Source of the DNA: Lingula anatina
Lineage: Eukaryota; Animalia; Brachiopoda
Assembly (NCBI GenBank): GCA_051362555.1
Contig: CM120646.1
Span: 12,648,001-12,712,000 of the forward strand
Direction: 5' to 3'
DNA: 64,000 bases
Both the position numbers and the translations under genes were made by a program. Position 1 is the stretch's first letter, and each line of letters starts with the position of its first letter. The notes under the pieces are model-generated. The model made no database searches. It was given only the letters and a program-made list of their open reading frames with translations, and was not told the DNA's origin. Shown one piece after another: positions 37,825 to 49,222 of the stretch.

Positions 37825-40800
37825 TCCTGCATTACACTTGCTGTTCTTTGTACAGACACAGATGTACAGACACAGATGTGTGGCTCCTGCATTACACTTG
37901 CTGTTCTTTGTACAGACACAGATGTGTCTGCACATACTATAACTGTTATTTGTGTCTGCCGTCGTCATTGGTAACACCGTGACTTTCAAGGACAACATGA
38001 TAAGTGGAAAGCCACAGGTTAGGTTAGAAAATCAGCTTCTTATATTTTTTCCTTCCACTCCAAATGATTAAAATCGCCACAGTAAATTGTCAAGGACTAG
38101 GTAACCCAGAGAAGAGAAAAGACGTTTTGAATTATTATAAAGGGAGAAAATATTCAGTGATATGTCTTCAGGATACGCACTTCACAACAAAGCTAGAGCC
38201 CTATATTGAAACACAATGGGGCTATACTTGTATCTTTAATTCATACCGCTCAAATTGTAGGGGAGTTGCAATTCTTTTTAACAACAATTTTGAGTTAGTT
38301 GTGCATAAAAAAACACAAGATGATAAAGGTAACTTACTCGTTGTAGACTTAACTATTAATGACTGTCGAGTCACGCTATTAAACATTTATGGTCCAAATG
38401 AGGATTATCCAGAATTCTTTGATAAGGTTAGGGAATCCATACTTGAATTTGCAAATACAAACATTATAGTGTGTGGAGATCTTAATATCGCAATGGATCC
38501 AATTTTAGATACTTTTAATTACAATAGGAATAATAACCCAAGAGCTAGAAAAAAATTAATTGAAACTATGGATGAATTGGATCTGGTAGATTACTACAGA
38601 GTTATAAATCCTTCCAAAAGAGCATACACATGGCACAAAAAGAACCCAGTTAAACATGGTAGGCTTGATTATATACTAATATCAAATAACCTCTCAAATC
38701 TTGTCACGGATATCTCAATTAAAGCGGGTTACAAATCAGATCACTCGTCAGTTGTCTTAGAATTAAAATTTAATGATTTCGTTAGGGGACCCGGTCTGTG
38801 GAAATTCAATTGTTCTCTTCTAACCGACAGAGAGTTTGTTGACAAAGTAAAACTAACCATTAAAAGAATAAAAAATCAATATGCCAATATCTTGTATAAA
38901 GTATCCATAATTGATTGTATTCCAGAAGAAGACCTGCAATTATCCATATCCGATAGCCTATTTTTGGAAGTACTACTAATGGAAATAAGGGGGGTAACTA
39001 TATCACATGCTAGTGCTAAGAAAAAAGATAAGAATAAGAAGGAAAAGGAACTTATTGATGAGATACAAAAACTTAAAGATGACAATGACGCAGGAAATTT
39101 AGTACATAATGGCATCTTGGAAGAAAAAATACAATCACTAGAAACATTAAGGAAAGAGAAACTACGGGGAAGCATGATAAGATCACGCGCACAATGGGTT
39201 GACGAGGGGGAGAAACCGACGCAATATTTTTGTGGTTTAGAGTCCAGAAACTTTCTGAATAAAACTATTCAGGTGCTAGATATAGATGGAAAAGGAACAG
39301 TCTACGAACAGTCAGAAATCCTTAAGGAGGTGAAGCTTTTCTATGAAAATTTGTATTCAAGCAAAGAAAATGAAATAGATGACGTAGACCTCAGTAATGT
39401 ACTAGAACCGTATTCCTTTAATAAATTGGACAATGTTACTGCTCACGAATTAGATCAAGAATTTACATTAACTGAAATCCTAAGTGTTATTAAATCAATG
39501 AAGAATAACAAGTCCCCAGGAAGTGATGGCTTTTCAGCCGAGTTCTACAAATTTTTTTGGAATGATCTCAAGTACTTTATCAGAAGAGCTATAAATGATA
39601 TTTTTTTAAAAAAAATGTTGCCTATCTCACAAAGACTCGGAATCATTGTATGTCTCCCAAAAGGAGAAAAATCAAGAAAAGACATGAAAAACTGGAGGCC
39701 GATTACACTCCTGAATGTATTTTATAAGATTATTTCTGGATGTATCTGTGGACGAATAAAACGCACTCTGAATTCTCTCATACCTCCATCGCAGTCGGGT
39801 TTCATACCCGGTAGATACTTGGGTGATAACATACGAGCAATATATGATCTGATGGACTATACTGAGAATAGACAGATTCCTGGCCTTCTAATGTTGATTG
39901 ACTTCGAAAAAGCTTTTGATTCCTTAGCTTGGTCCTTCATCTATAAAGCTCTTAACATCTTCGGCTTTGGCAGAAATCTAATAACATGGGTAAACATACT
40001 AAACACTAACATTACAGCATCCGTTCTACAATGTGGTTTCCTGTCGAAACCGTTTTCTATCCAAAGAGGTTGTCGACAAGGTGACCCAGTAGCCCCTTAT
40101 TTATTTATATTGAGTGCTGAAATGCTGTCAATACTGATAAAGAGCAACACATCTATAAAAGGAATAACAATTAATGGAATCGAGAATAAGATTTTACAAT
40201 ATGCAGATGACACTTCACTTACATTAGATGGATCGAAAGAATCTTTATTCAATTCCCTGGAAACCCTTGAATACTTTGCAAAATTATCTGGACTACACAT
40301 CAATGCCTCAAAAACTAAAGTAATATGGATAGGTTCCAAAAAATATAGTAAAGATGTGTACCATCATTCCAGATGGAAACTTTATTGGGGGGTACAAATA
40401 TTTGAGCTGTTAGGCATAACTTTTTCAGTAGAGTTAAGTGACATGATTGATCTGAATTATCAAAAGCAAATGACAAAAGTACAAAGTCAGATTAAACAAT
40501 GGAAAAAACGCATCCTTAGCCCAATAGGTAAAACCACGATTGTAAAATCGTTATTAATTTCCAAACTTACCCATCTATTTATCTCCCTACCCAACCCAAA
40601 CAACGGATTTATTAAATCGCTTGAGACTGAGTTTTATAATTTTGTATGGGGGTCAAAATGTGATAGAATTAAAAGGGACGTAGCCTCTCAAAATCACAAC
40701 GCTGGTGGCCTTAAAATGATTGACATAAAATGTTTTATTACATCATTAAAATGTTCTTGGTTGAAAAGACTAATTTCTAGGAAACAGATTTGGACTAATA

Positions 40801-42206
40801 TATTAGAATCCATATTAGGAAAAAAGTTAATCCAGAACCTGCTCGACTTTGGTGATGATTATGTCAGGAAGTTAGCAGAACGTATCCAAAACAAATTTTG
40901 GCAGGATACTCTGATAGCTTGGGCTTACTTTATGAAAGTCCAAATGTTAAGGGAATGGGCAAGTGACCCAGGCGCAATACCTCTTTGGTATAATACTGAA
41001 ATTAAGATTAACAACGCTTCGGTGTTTATCCCTTCCTGGTACAAACAAGGAATAAAAGTTCTTGGAGATATGTTGGACAATCAGGGAAATTTAATGAAAA
41101 AGAATGTGCTTGAACAAAAATTCAATTTGAGAGTCCAAACTATGCAGTTTAATAGCATGTACAGTGCAGTTAAGGTTTTTCTAAGACAATTTGATAAGGA
41201 AAAGGTGGCTATTACAGTCACCCCTTACTACCCGTTTCATTTCAAGGGGCTTATGCTAAATGAAAAAGGAAACAGATATGTATATAATGTCCTAAATAAG
41301 AAAAATATTATTCCCACTGGTGTCTGTACATGGAACCAAAAACTATTCAATAACGGGGACGCTCGCTTAAAAACGGAAGAAATTTTTGAGACTTGTTTTG
41401 GAACTTCTCGAGATACAACGTTACAATGGCTTCAGTTTAGAATAATACATAGGATACTCCCTTTGGGTGCTTATTTGAAAAAGATTGGCATTCAGGATAA
41501 TGACATATGTGGCTTTTGTAAAAGAGACCGTGAAGATCTCCTTCATGTGTTTATACAGTGTAATAGTGTGCGTCCTCTTTGGAATAAGTTTCAAGACCAT
41601 ATACTCGAAAAAACTAATGTCAATTTGGATCTCGATGACTATAAAATCTTGTTTGGAATAAAATGCACAACGGAAAGTAAAATTTTTAATTTACTTATTA
41701 TGTTTGGAAAACTATATATTTACAAGTGCCTGAAACAAAAAAAGACCCCAAGCTTTCAAGGTCTTTTGGGTTACATAAAATTTATGTATCATGTTGAAAA
41801 AAATATTGCTTTGCGTCATGGATCTTGCACATATGACAACTTTGTTCAACAATGGGCACAATGGTTACCACTTTTTGTTGAAGGGGAATAGCAGTAGCAT
41901 CCCTTTCTTTATCTTTTGGGTTTAAGTTTTCTATTATATTTTATTTAATTTTGTTTTGTTAATCAGCAGGCACTTAGAGATGAAGTTACTATATTTGAGT
42001 GAAATGGACAGACAACTAATTAGTCTATTTTTGTAAACACAACTGTGTAATGCAAGGATAATATACATATTAGCAGTGACCAAGTATGAGTGTTGTGCGT
42101 ACGTGGGTATGTGTGCGTGTATGAAAGGAACATATATATATATACTCTATTTGTGTTTATTTATTTACTTATTATTATTTTTTTTCCATAATAAAAAAAA
42201 ATAAAA

Positions 42207-42245
<39 letters not shown>
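37825..42245 (+). mobile_element. L1/Tx1-clade LINE, 5'-truncated (no ORF1), recent insertion
   Basis: 12-bp TSD ATTTCTTATCGC (37813-37824 and 42246-42257), intact ORF2, ~300-bp 3' UTR and a long poly(A). Confidence 0.93.
38064..41891 (+). CDS. LINE ORF2: APE endonuclease, reverse transcriptase and C-terminal CCHC zinc finger
   Basis: 1275 aa with NCQGL, LQDTH, GDLN, RLDY, SDH (EN); KSPGSDG, NWRPITLLN, DFEKAFD, RGCRQGDP, QYADD (RT); CGFC..HVFIQC. Confidence 0.96.
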   Translation: MIKIATVNCQGLGNPEKRKDVLNYYKGRKYSVICLQDTHFTTKLEPYIETQWGYTCIFNSYRSNCRGVAILFNNNFELVVHKKTQDDKGNLLVVDLTINDCRVTLLNIYGPNEDYPEFFDKVRESILEFANTNIIVCGDLNIAMDPILDTFNYNRNNNPRARKKLIETMDELDLVDYYRVINPSKRAYTWHKKNPVKHGRLDYILISNNLSNLVTDISIKAGYKSDHSSVVLELKFNDFVRGPGLWKFNCSLLTDREFVDKVKLTIKRIKNQYANILYKVSIIDCIPEEDLQLSISDSLFLEVLLMEIRGVTISHASAKKKDKNKKEKELIDEIQKLKDDNDAGNLVHNGILEEKIQSLETLRKEKLRGSMIRSRAQWVDEGEKPTQYFCGLESRNFLNKTIQVLDIDGKGTVYEQSEILKEVKLFYENLYSSKENEIDDVDLSNVLEPYSFNKLDNVTAHELDQEFTLTEILSVIKSMKNNKSPGSDGFSAEFYKFFWNDLKYFIRRAINDIFLKKMLPISQRLGIIVCLPKGEKSRKDMKNWRPITLLNVFYKIISGCICGRIKRTLNSLIPPSQSGFIPGRYLGDNIRAIYDLMDYTENRQIPGLLMLIDFEKAFDSLAWSFIYKALNIFGFGRNLITWVNILNTNITASVLQCGFLSKPFSIQRGCRQGDPVAPYLFILSAEMLSILIKSNTSIKGITINGIENKILQYADDTSLTLDGSKESLFNSLETLEYFAKLSGLHINASKTKVIWIGSKKYSKDVYHHSRWKLYWGVQIFELLGITFSVELSDMIDLNYQKQMTKVQSQIKQWKKRILSPIGKTTIVKSLLISKLTHLFISLPNPNNGFIKSLETEFYNFVWGSKCDRIKRDVASQNHNAGGLKMIDIKCFITSLKCSWLKRLISRKQIWTNILESILGKKLIQNLLDFGDDYVRKLAERIQNKFWQDTLIAWAYFMKVQMLREWASDPGAIPLWYNTEIKINNASVFIPSWYKQGIKVLGDMLDNQGNLMKKNVLEQKFNLRVQTMQFNSMYSAVKVFLRQFDKEKVAITVTPYYPFHFKGLMLNEKGNRYVYNVLNKKNIIPTGVCTWNQKLFNNGDARLKTEEIFETCFGTSRDTTLQWLQFRIIHRILPLGAYLKKIGIQDNDICGFCKRDREDLLHVFIQCNSVRPLWNKFQDHILEKTNVNLDLDDYKILFGIKCTTESKIFNLLIMFGKLYIYKCLKQKKTPSFQGLLGYIKFMYHVEKNIALRHGSCTYDNFVQQWAQWLPLFVEGE

Positions 42246-42251
<6 letters not shown>

Positions 42252-42649
42252 TATCGCGCCGTCTACAGGAGATAATTGCAGTGCGCGGTAGACGCACACG
42301 CTGTTAGGCACGTGACCTTTAACGAGCACATCCTAATGCTAATTGTGTGTGAATTTGGTGATATTTGATGGCGTCTTTTCAATTTAATAGACATTTCTGT
42401 ACATCTGAACAAGGCACAGTGAAACAGTGGATTTGAGGGGTTACCTCTTTTAAATATTACTAAATGGTATAAAATGTGTATATTTTCACCACTATTTTGT
42501 ATTTTTTTAAACCATTAATCATGTTAGACACGGTATCTGTAATAAAAAGCACTTTTCTAACAATTTACAGCTGTGAGGTGATCATTTGTAGATAAAAGTG
42601 CACGGAAATGGGGGTGGGACAACCTTTTTGACCAATGTTGTATGTGAAG

Positions 42650-43915
42650 TAATACACTGTCACCCGAGCGATATATGTCATAACAACTCGAGCGTCAGCG
42701 AGAGGTATTCATGGCATATATCGCGAGAGGGTGACAGTGTATTATTTGACATACATACCGAGAACAAATATAGTCATTTCACCCTAAAAAAAACCATAAA
42801 ACCGAATAAAGTGACCCTATATCACGCTCTAGAGATGTTATGTGGAATAAACTCATCGATATCCACGTGCGCTGGTCACCTCCCGCCTGGCCAAATTCTT
42901 ATGTAATGTCTGACCAATTTGAACAATTTTTGCTGAATACTTGTCGTGAAAAGTATACTGGCTTGAAAAGTATTTAATCAACCGTCGAAACTGACCATGC
43001 TCGTCTTAGCTGAGCCACACCTAGCTGGGACTGCTGCGGAAAAAAGGTCCCAAGGCAAAACGTCTACTTTTTAGTGACATTTCTGATAAACGAGGAGCGT
43101 CGGATTAGAATATAGTCAAACTAATTATTCACAAGTGCGAAGGAGAAAGAAATTTACTCTTTACTATGGTGATATTTCTGACAAGGAGGCAGTTTCGAAA
43201 TATAGTCAAAGTCAGACGGATGTTTACTACGAGTTCACGGGAGTAATAATTCTTGTTTGATTGTTATTTCTGACGACGTGGCGGTTACGGAATATAGTCA
43301 AAATCAAACGGAGGTTTATTTCAAGTCCACAGGAGTAATAATTCTACGTTTTGGTGACATCTTTTACTACGAGGCGGTTTCGGAGTATACATGTGCTGGT
43401 TTTCAGAGCATTCATGTGCTACATGTAATTACAAGTTCAAAGGGGGAATAGATTTGATTTTTACCGAAATATCTGATAAAGTGGAAGATTGAAAAGCTGA
43501 AAAACAAAAGGTAAATCACACAACCCTCGTTAAAAAGTTATAGATTTACAAATGTGTATGTACGCATGGCTCAATTGTAAACTAATTCCCGTTTTCAAAC
43601 CATACCCACATGATATGACTTTATAAAATTATAAAGAATAATTGTTAAACGTGAAAAGTGTATGTTAATTTTAAGAGTGTGAGAGATTTTAAATTTGTCA
43701 ACTGGTAGGTATATAACGCAAGTAAAGTTACTATATTCTCTTGATGCCAAGAAGGTCATATGATCACTGTCTTCGGCTTTCAGCATTTACGAGACCTCGA
43801 CTGATTTAACCAAGATGTAGTCGTGAAATTCTAGACTACGACGAGGTTATATCCGAGTTTTCCGAGAGACGCTACGCAGAAATGTCGAGTGAAGCGAGAT
43901 ATTTTTGGGTCTCGG
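42650..43915. mobile_element. Probable degenerate non-autonomous element bounded by two hairpins, with an internal ~94-bp tandem repeat
   Basis: Hairpin 42650-42744 (15-bp perfect outer arms TAATACACTGTCACC, loop containing CGAGCGTCAGCGAG), hairpin ~43862-43915 with CGAGTGAAGCGAG, and degenerate repeats starting at ~43074, 43169, 43262 and 43352. Confidence 0.4.
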
Positions 43916-44590
43916 CTCGAGGTTGCCCTCGATCTTCACTGAAGCTTGGCTTAATGGACAGGCTTCAGTGATCAGCATATCGCCATGGTCATATAACATC
44001 CCTAGGTATGTATTTCAGGTGAGATAGCAATCTGCATGGGGCGTAACTTCATCCCCGAATCATGGAAATTATATATAGGAGCCTAACACTAAGTGAGCAA
44101 AAACAAAAAAAAGGGAAAAACTTAATTAAGAAAATTATGGTCTGGATTTTTATTTTGGAAGCTCTATGTGAAAACAACTATGAAAGTTTGACGGAGATAT
44201 GCTGAGACGCATAAAAAAGTTGCCCTTATCGTTGTAAAATAATTTTAGCATCCCAGTACTTCTCTGAATTGAGTTTTTCTTTTCTTTCTTTTTTTTTTTT
44301 ACCATTTTCGACCATTTTGACCGTCTTCCGACAGAAAAAATTAGACACCCGTCAATCCGGAAGACCCAGAAGACGCAGAGGCCATACGGAGCATATATTT
44401 GAAAAGAACGTTTTTTTTAAGCAAAAAGACAAAGACATCTGAAACTTTGGGAAATCATTGTACATATACTGAGGTTTATGTCCAGCAATCCTCTTGAAAT
44501 TTGATGGGTCTTTGTATGAAATTAAATTACTTTTTTGGGTCCATTTTATTTATTTTTTTATTTTTTTTTATTTTATTATTATTATTTTTT

Positions 44591-44633
<43 letters not shown>

Positions 44634-44653
44634 TTTTTTGGAGGAGGGGTCAC

Positions 44654-44915
44654 CCTGTACCAAGTGTACTCATCACGCAGAAACTTGGGCAAAAAAGGCA
44701 CAGGCCAAGATAAACAAGGGAAGCCACTTCGGTACAATTGTCCTCAACAAACGTAATGGAAACACCAAGGCGCATTGAACAGTATACACCTTTAATTCAA
44801 CAGGTAAGATACGGTTTTGGAATTTATCAGTTATCTGTTTTTGATGATTCATTATTTGTTTCAGTTTATCTAGGCGAAGGACTAGTTGAGATAACCACTA
44901 AACAACCTAGAATTT
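44654..44915 (-). pseudogene. Relic fourth copy (promoter plus exon 1) of the amylase-CTD-like gene family
   Basis: 44738-44674 is a 65-nt homologue of exon 1 of genes A/B with ATG changed to ATT and the donor GT changed to AT. 44820-44915 matches the upstream regions at 47860-47965 and 51553-51630. No downstream exons found. Confidence 0.8.
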
Positions 44916-44990
44916 ATCCATTGCCGCCCAGGACTGCATTGCAAATTTTATGCACGATTAAGCCAAGTCGAGGAAAATACAATACTCTCT

Positions 44991-45178
44991 ACTACCCTCT
45001 ACCAGGGCGACAGACCAAAATGACCGTCTATCTATCTAGAGACATATCTGTGAATATCTGTAAAAAAATTTATCTGTTGCCCTGGTAGAGGGTAACTCTC
45101 TACCGGGGCCGCAAATTATTTATGTGGTTTATTTCTCCAAGGCGAGTGGAGAAATCTATTGTGGTGACCCTGGTAGAG
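44991..45178. repeat. Two tandem ~90-100-bp palindromic units (MITE-like)
   Basis: TACCCTCTACCAGGGCGACAGA / TCTGTTGCCCTGGTAGAGGGTA arms, followed by a second CTCTACC..GGTAGAG pair. A homologous single unit sits at ~48045-48410. Confidence 0.55.
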
Positions 45179-45201
45179 GTTACAAAAGTGCTATATCTAT
45201 G

Positions 45202-45232
45202 CAGGGAATTATATCGGATATATAATTCCCTG
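45202..45232. mobile_element. 31-bp minimal TIR element
   Basis: 13-bp perfect TIR CAGGGAATTATAT, 5-bp core, 7-bp TSD ATCTATG. Absent at the paralogous site ~51727. Confidence 0.75.
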
Positions 45233-45907
45233 ATCTATGCAAAAGTGGTTGCAAATGACTTGCAGCGGTAGCATTTTTGAAAGTCAGAAATGATTTATTT
45301 CAGTCCCAAACAGATAACGATGTCTTAAACCATGTACTTGTATGTTTTTATGTCGAAGTTGCTGAAGTTACCAGTATATAACTTATTAACAACGGCAGTA
45401 TTTGAAAGAGCTGGATTTAGACATGTATTCATTTTTGCATGTATTCATTTATTTTCTGCAAGCTTAGCTTTGATTGCTGAGACCCTGTATGGCATACGGA
45501 TGCACATTAACCAGTAGGTCGGCTGTGTTTGGTTCCAGGGAAGAAAGTCACAACACACCCCTCATGACGTATTTGTGTAATTTGAATTTCTCAAAAGACA
45601 AGCATACTAATCTGTGTCTTCGTGTTCGAATATGTTTGAAAAAAGCGACGACGGCGTTTGTCAATAACTAAATATTATGTTACCCATTAGTGAATGAAAT
45701 GTAAGGGCATCATCATTTGCCTTCACTTGAAAGTGTTTAGACGTTTTCGAAGAATGTTCCAGTCAGGCGACTCATCCATAACACAAAAACAGACATGATG
45801 ATCAATACGTTCATAATAATTGCCACTTTTCAAGAATTGTATTACTCTTACAAGTACATGCAATTTTTTTCAAATCTGGGACTGGTATCCGCAACATGAC
45901 ACTGCAA

Positions 45908-46388
45908 CTAATAATTATCCGGTAAAGCAGGGTCGGGATGGTTAGGGAAGATCTCACAAGGAAAGGGCTTTCCCCACTGGAACACGTTAGTCACGCCGCA
46001 CCTTGCCATGTGGTTCCTAGAGCTTGGAGGGGGCATATACCTGCAAGACGTGCAAGAGTCACGTTGCCAAATATCCGGCTCCCATTCTCGTTCAGGGGTA
46101 AGGTAAGCCTTGAAAAATAACAAGTGAAATTGCTAATTCTATTTCGGGTTGTGAATGCAATATTGAAGAATTTCTCGAAATCTTTTTTAAAACAATTGAA
46201 TATGTCCGTCGAGCAATTACATGAAATACGCCCCATTTTTATTTCTGTCATTTATTCATCCCTTATTTATGTATCATTTCTCTCAATTTATGCCTTAATT
46301 TCAAATTCAAATTAAAAGATAACTTTCTCAACAAAATGAGTTGTTAAGCAATACCTTAATATCATAGACAAAGGAAAACAAAAGAAAA

Positions 46389-46424
<36 letters not shown>

Positions 46425-47767
46425 GAAAACACACACGAAAACACAGTGAAGTTCATTAGATCAATATACAATATAAAAGCGTACTGCCCAGTACCTTTAC
46501 ATTAAACCAGCCTTCCCAAGTTCTGGAACAGTCCATAAGCACGTCCAACATCCAGTAGTGTTCTCCCCACTTGTTCCGAGGAGTGTAACCGAAACCGGCT
46601 CTCTCAGCGTTAAAGTAATCAGGGTCGTTCATTGTACAAAAGTGAAAAAAAAATACTTATAAACAAAATTAAGTCAATAAAATAATCAGTTAAAAGTAAA
46701 CACCAAGCGTCAATCGTAAGATTTAAAAGCACGTTGTATTTCATATCAAATGCACTGACACATATATCTAACCAAATGGCTGTCCAAAAAACACTACACT
46801 TCCTTCATGCTCGTCGAGCAAGTCTAAAGAGTAAATAAACAATAAATATAATGCATAATACTCACAGACGACCCTGGTAATAGCAAGCCATATCGTTCGG
46901 GTCGCACCAACCACTTGCATCAGTAGTCCACATCATGGGTGTCCCTTGGGGCGGGAAATTGATCGACTCAACCATGCCCTGGCCCCACTCTGGACCGTAC
47001 CAGTCCAGGAAATTGTCCCCCTGACGCCAGGCATTGTATTTCCCATAACGAGTTGTCCAGATGTGCCAAATGGGGATGCTGCACGGGTCAACAGTGGCGT
47101 TGTGGACACAATCCGGTCGTCTACTGTGGTCTAGACCTACAGGTGAGTGAGGGAATTATTCATTTATTTATTTTCATTTATTTATTTTTTATTTTTTATT
47201 TTTTAATTTTTATTGCAAATAATTGACTAACTTGTATAAAACATAAGTACCTCCTCGAAGAAAGACATACTGTGAGGGTGACGTCTCCTTGTGGATGAAT
47301 ATGATGGTCCTTTGCCAGTCACTGCTTATAGAAAGTGAAAAATACGGCAGGTTTACATGTATGTACATGTGCAAAAGTGGCGGCAAAACAAGCCTACTTC
47401 TACGCAGACATGGAGCACGTGCACTTGCAAAAACATATCCTTCATTTAAATGAAAATAGCTCGCATTTTAATGACATTTTAGAGTTAATCAGCACTTGCA
47501 TCAAACAAATCGTGTGAAAAATATTTTATTACCGTCTCAGTTATAGACTTGTTAAAGTTGTTGAAATTACTGCATACTTTAAGACGCAAGCACACGTATT
47601 TCACAAAATCACCATACTGCGTTGATGCTGCTGAACGATGGTGTTAATGGCGACATAACAGAATTCCCATTCACACATTTTACCTGTACTAAGTGTACTC
47701 ACCTCGGAGGAAGTTGAGCAGTAGAAGCACAGGCCAAGACCAACAAAGCAAGAACACTCGGTACCAT
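45908..47767 (-). CDS. Secreted stand-alone alpha-amylase C-terminal-domain-like protein, copy A (~246 aa; exon 4 acceptor defective)
   Basis: Exons 47767-47703 ([18 protein letters not shown]), 47321-47251 ([23 protein letters not shown]), 47136-46866 ([34 protein letters not shown]), 46627-46495 ([30 protein letters not shown]; acceptor reads AA, not AG), 46108-45908 ([26 protein letters not shown]). Confidence 0.75.
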
Positions 47768-48128
47768 TTTCTTTAACGAAAGTAATATAGTTATATCACT
47801 TGGGTGCACTGAACAGTGTGCGGGTTTTATCCAACAGCTAGGATTCGACTCTGGATATTATCAGTTATCTATAGATACAAATAAGCTGTTTTTGATGATT
47901 CAATATTTGTTACAGATGATCTAGGTGAAGGACTAGCTAAGATAACCACTAAATAACCTCAAATTTGGCGATTGCCATACCACGCGCGCAGAACTTGCAT
48001 GTCAAATAACATACACGAGTAAACCAAACCGGGGAAAATAATATTATCTACCAGGGGCGGCAAAATAAATATGGGCACTTTTATAAAACGCGAGTACAGA
48101 AATGTGCCATGAATTAGCCTGAGACATA

Positions 48129-48363
48129 CACACAATGGACAATAAAAGTGTCACCCCTACTGAACCAATACTTTGGGGGAGATAAGTGACTGTGGAATGA
48201 TATGCTCCTGGTATCATTTTATTTACATCAAATAAAAAAAGCACAAAAAAAGGTACACCAGGCATTATAACTACTTAAGATCTGCCTACTTTCATTATTG
48301 ATTACTTGATTATTATTTGATTACTCTGATTCAGGGGGAGACACTTCTATTGTCCATTGTGTG
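48129..48363. mobile_element. Tc1/mariner-like MITE (235 bp)
   Basis: ~30-bp TIR CACACAATGGACAATA(A/G)AAGTGTC(A/T)CCCCT with a TA TSD. Empty site gacaTAtctgtgaatatc at ~45041-45058. Confidence 0.88.
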
Positions 48364-49222
48364 TATCTGTGAATATCTATCGAAAAATCAATCTGGGACC
48401 GTGGAAGAGGGTAGAAAAATGTTGTATTTAAATAATAGTTGATGATTTATAGCGGTAACAATTTTGAAAGTCAGAAATGGATTTTTCTATTTATTTATTT
48501 ATTTATTTATTTTTGTCAGTTTCATACAGTTGAAGATTCGATTGCTTAAACAATGTACTAGTATGTATATATAGTGCAGTTTACGGTCGTATAACATCAT
48601 AGGAGCGAGTCAGGACTTTTATATCTGAGCAGTTATAAATGAGATAAACACTATTTGATTTTCCAATTTTATTCACCGCAATCAAATGACGGCTGAAATT
48701 ATAAACAATTACATTGTACAGACAGTTTAAACAGAAGATTATTATATCGAACGCAGAACTAACAAATAATGTCAAATGTGATATAAATATACATGTATAA
48801 ACAGACTGAAAGAAATAAAGTCAAATTTACCTCAGATATAAAAGTCCTGTAGTATTACCCAGCCATTATTCTCTATTATTTACTTTAGCTTTTTTGTTTT
48901 AGCTGAATTTATTCATTTATACGTTCATTTTGTGAAAGCGTAGCTTTGATTGCTGAGACCTGCATGTAGTAAGGCAGGTAGATGTACATTTACCAGTAGG
49001 TCGGCCATTACAATATTCAAAGGAAAAACAGTACTCTCAAAGAGGTCCAAAGATGGCCAGCACTCTTCACAAACAAATGAGCATAATGGACTTTAATGTC
49101 TCATAATCTTTTATTGCTTTTGAATTAATTTTTCACAATTATTACTTGATTTTTTTTTTCAATTTTACATTTATTTATCCGGATAAGACGAGTCAACTAA
49201 ATTTTCGAACAACTTCCTCAGT

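Noticed and set aside
37805-37830. LINE target resembling U2 snRNA (TTCTTATC), as for Keno-type Tx1 elements
   Set aside because: Only a short match; the flanks do not resemble U2.
43074-43480. Regularly spaced repeats as a possible CRISPR-like array
   Set aside because: The whole units are degenerate homologues with no unique spacers, no cas genes are present, and the context is eukaryotic.
48131-48361. CACAATG ends suggesting a Transib element
   Set aside because: The TIR extends further out, and the empty site shows a TA duplication rather than a 5-bp TSD, which fits Tc1/mariner.
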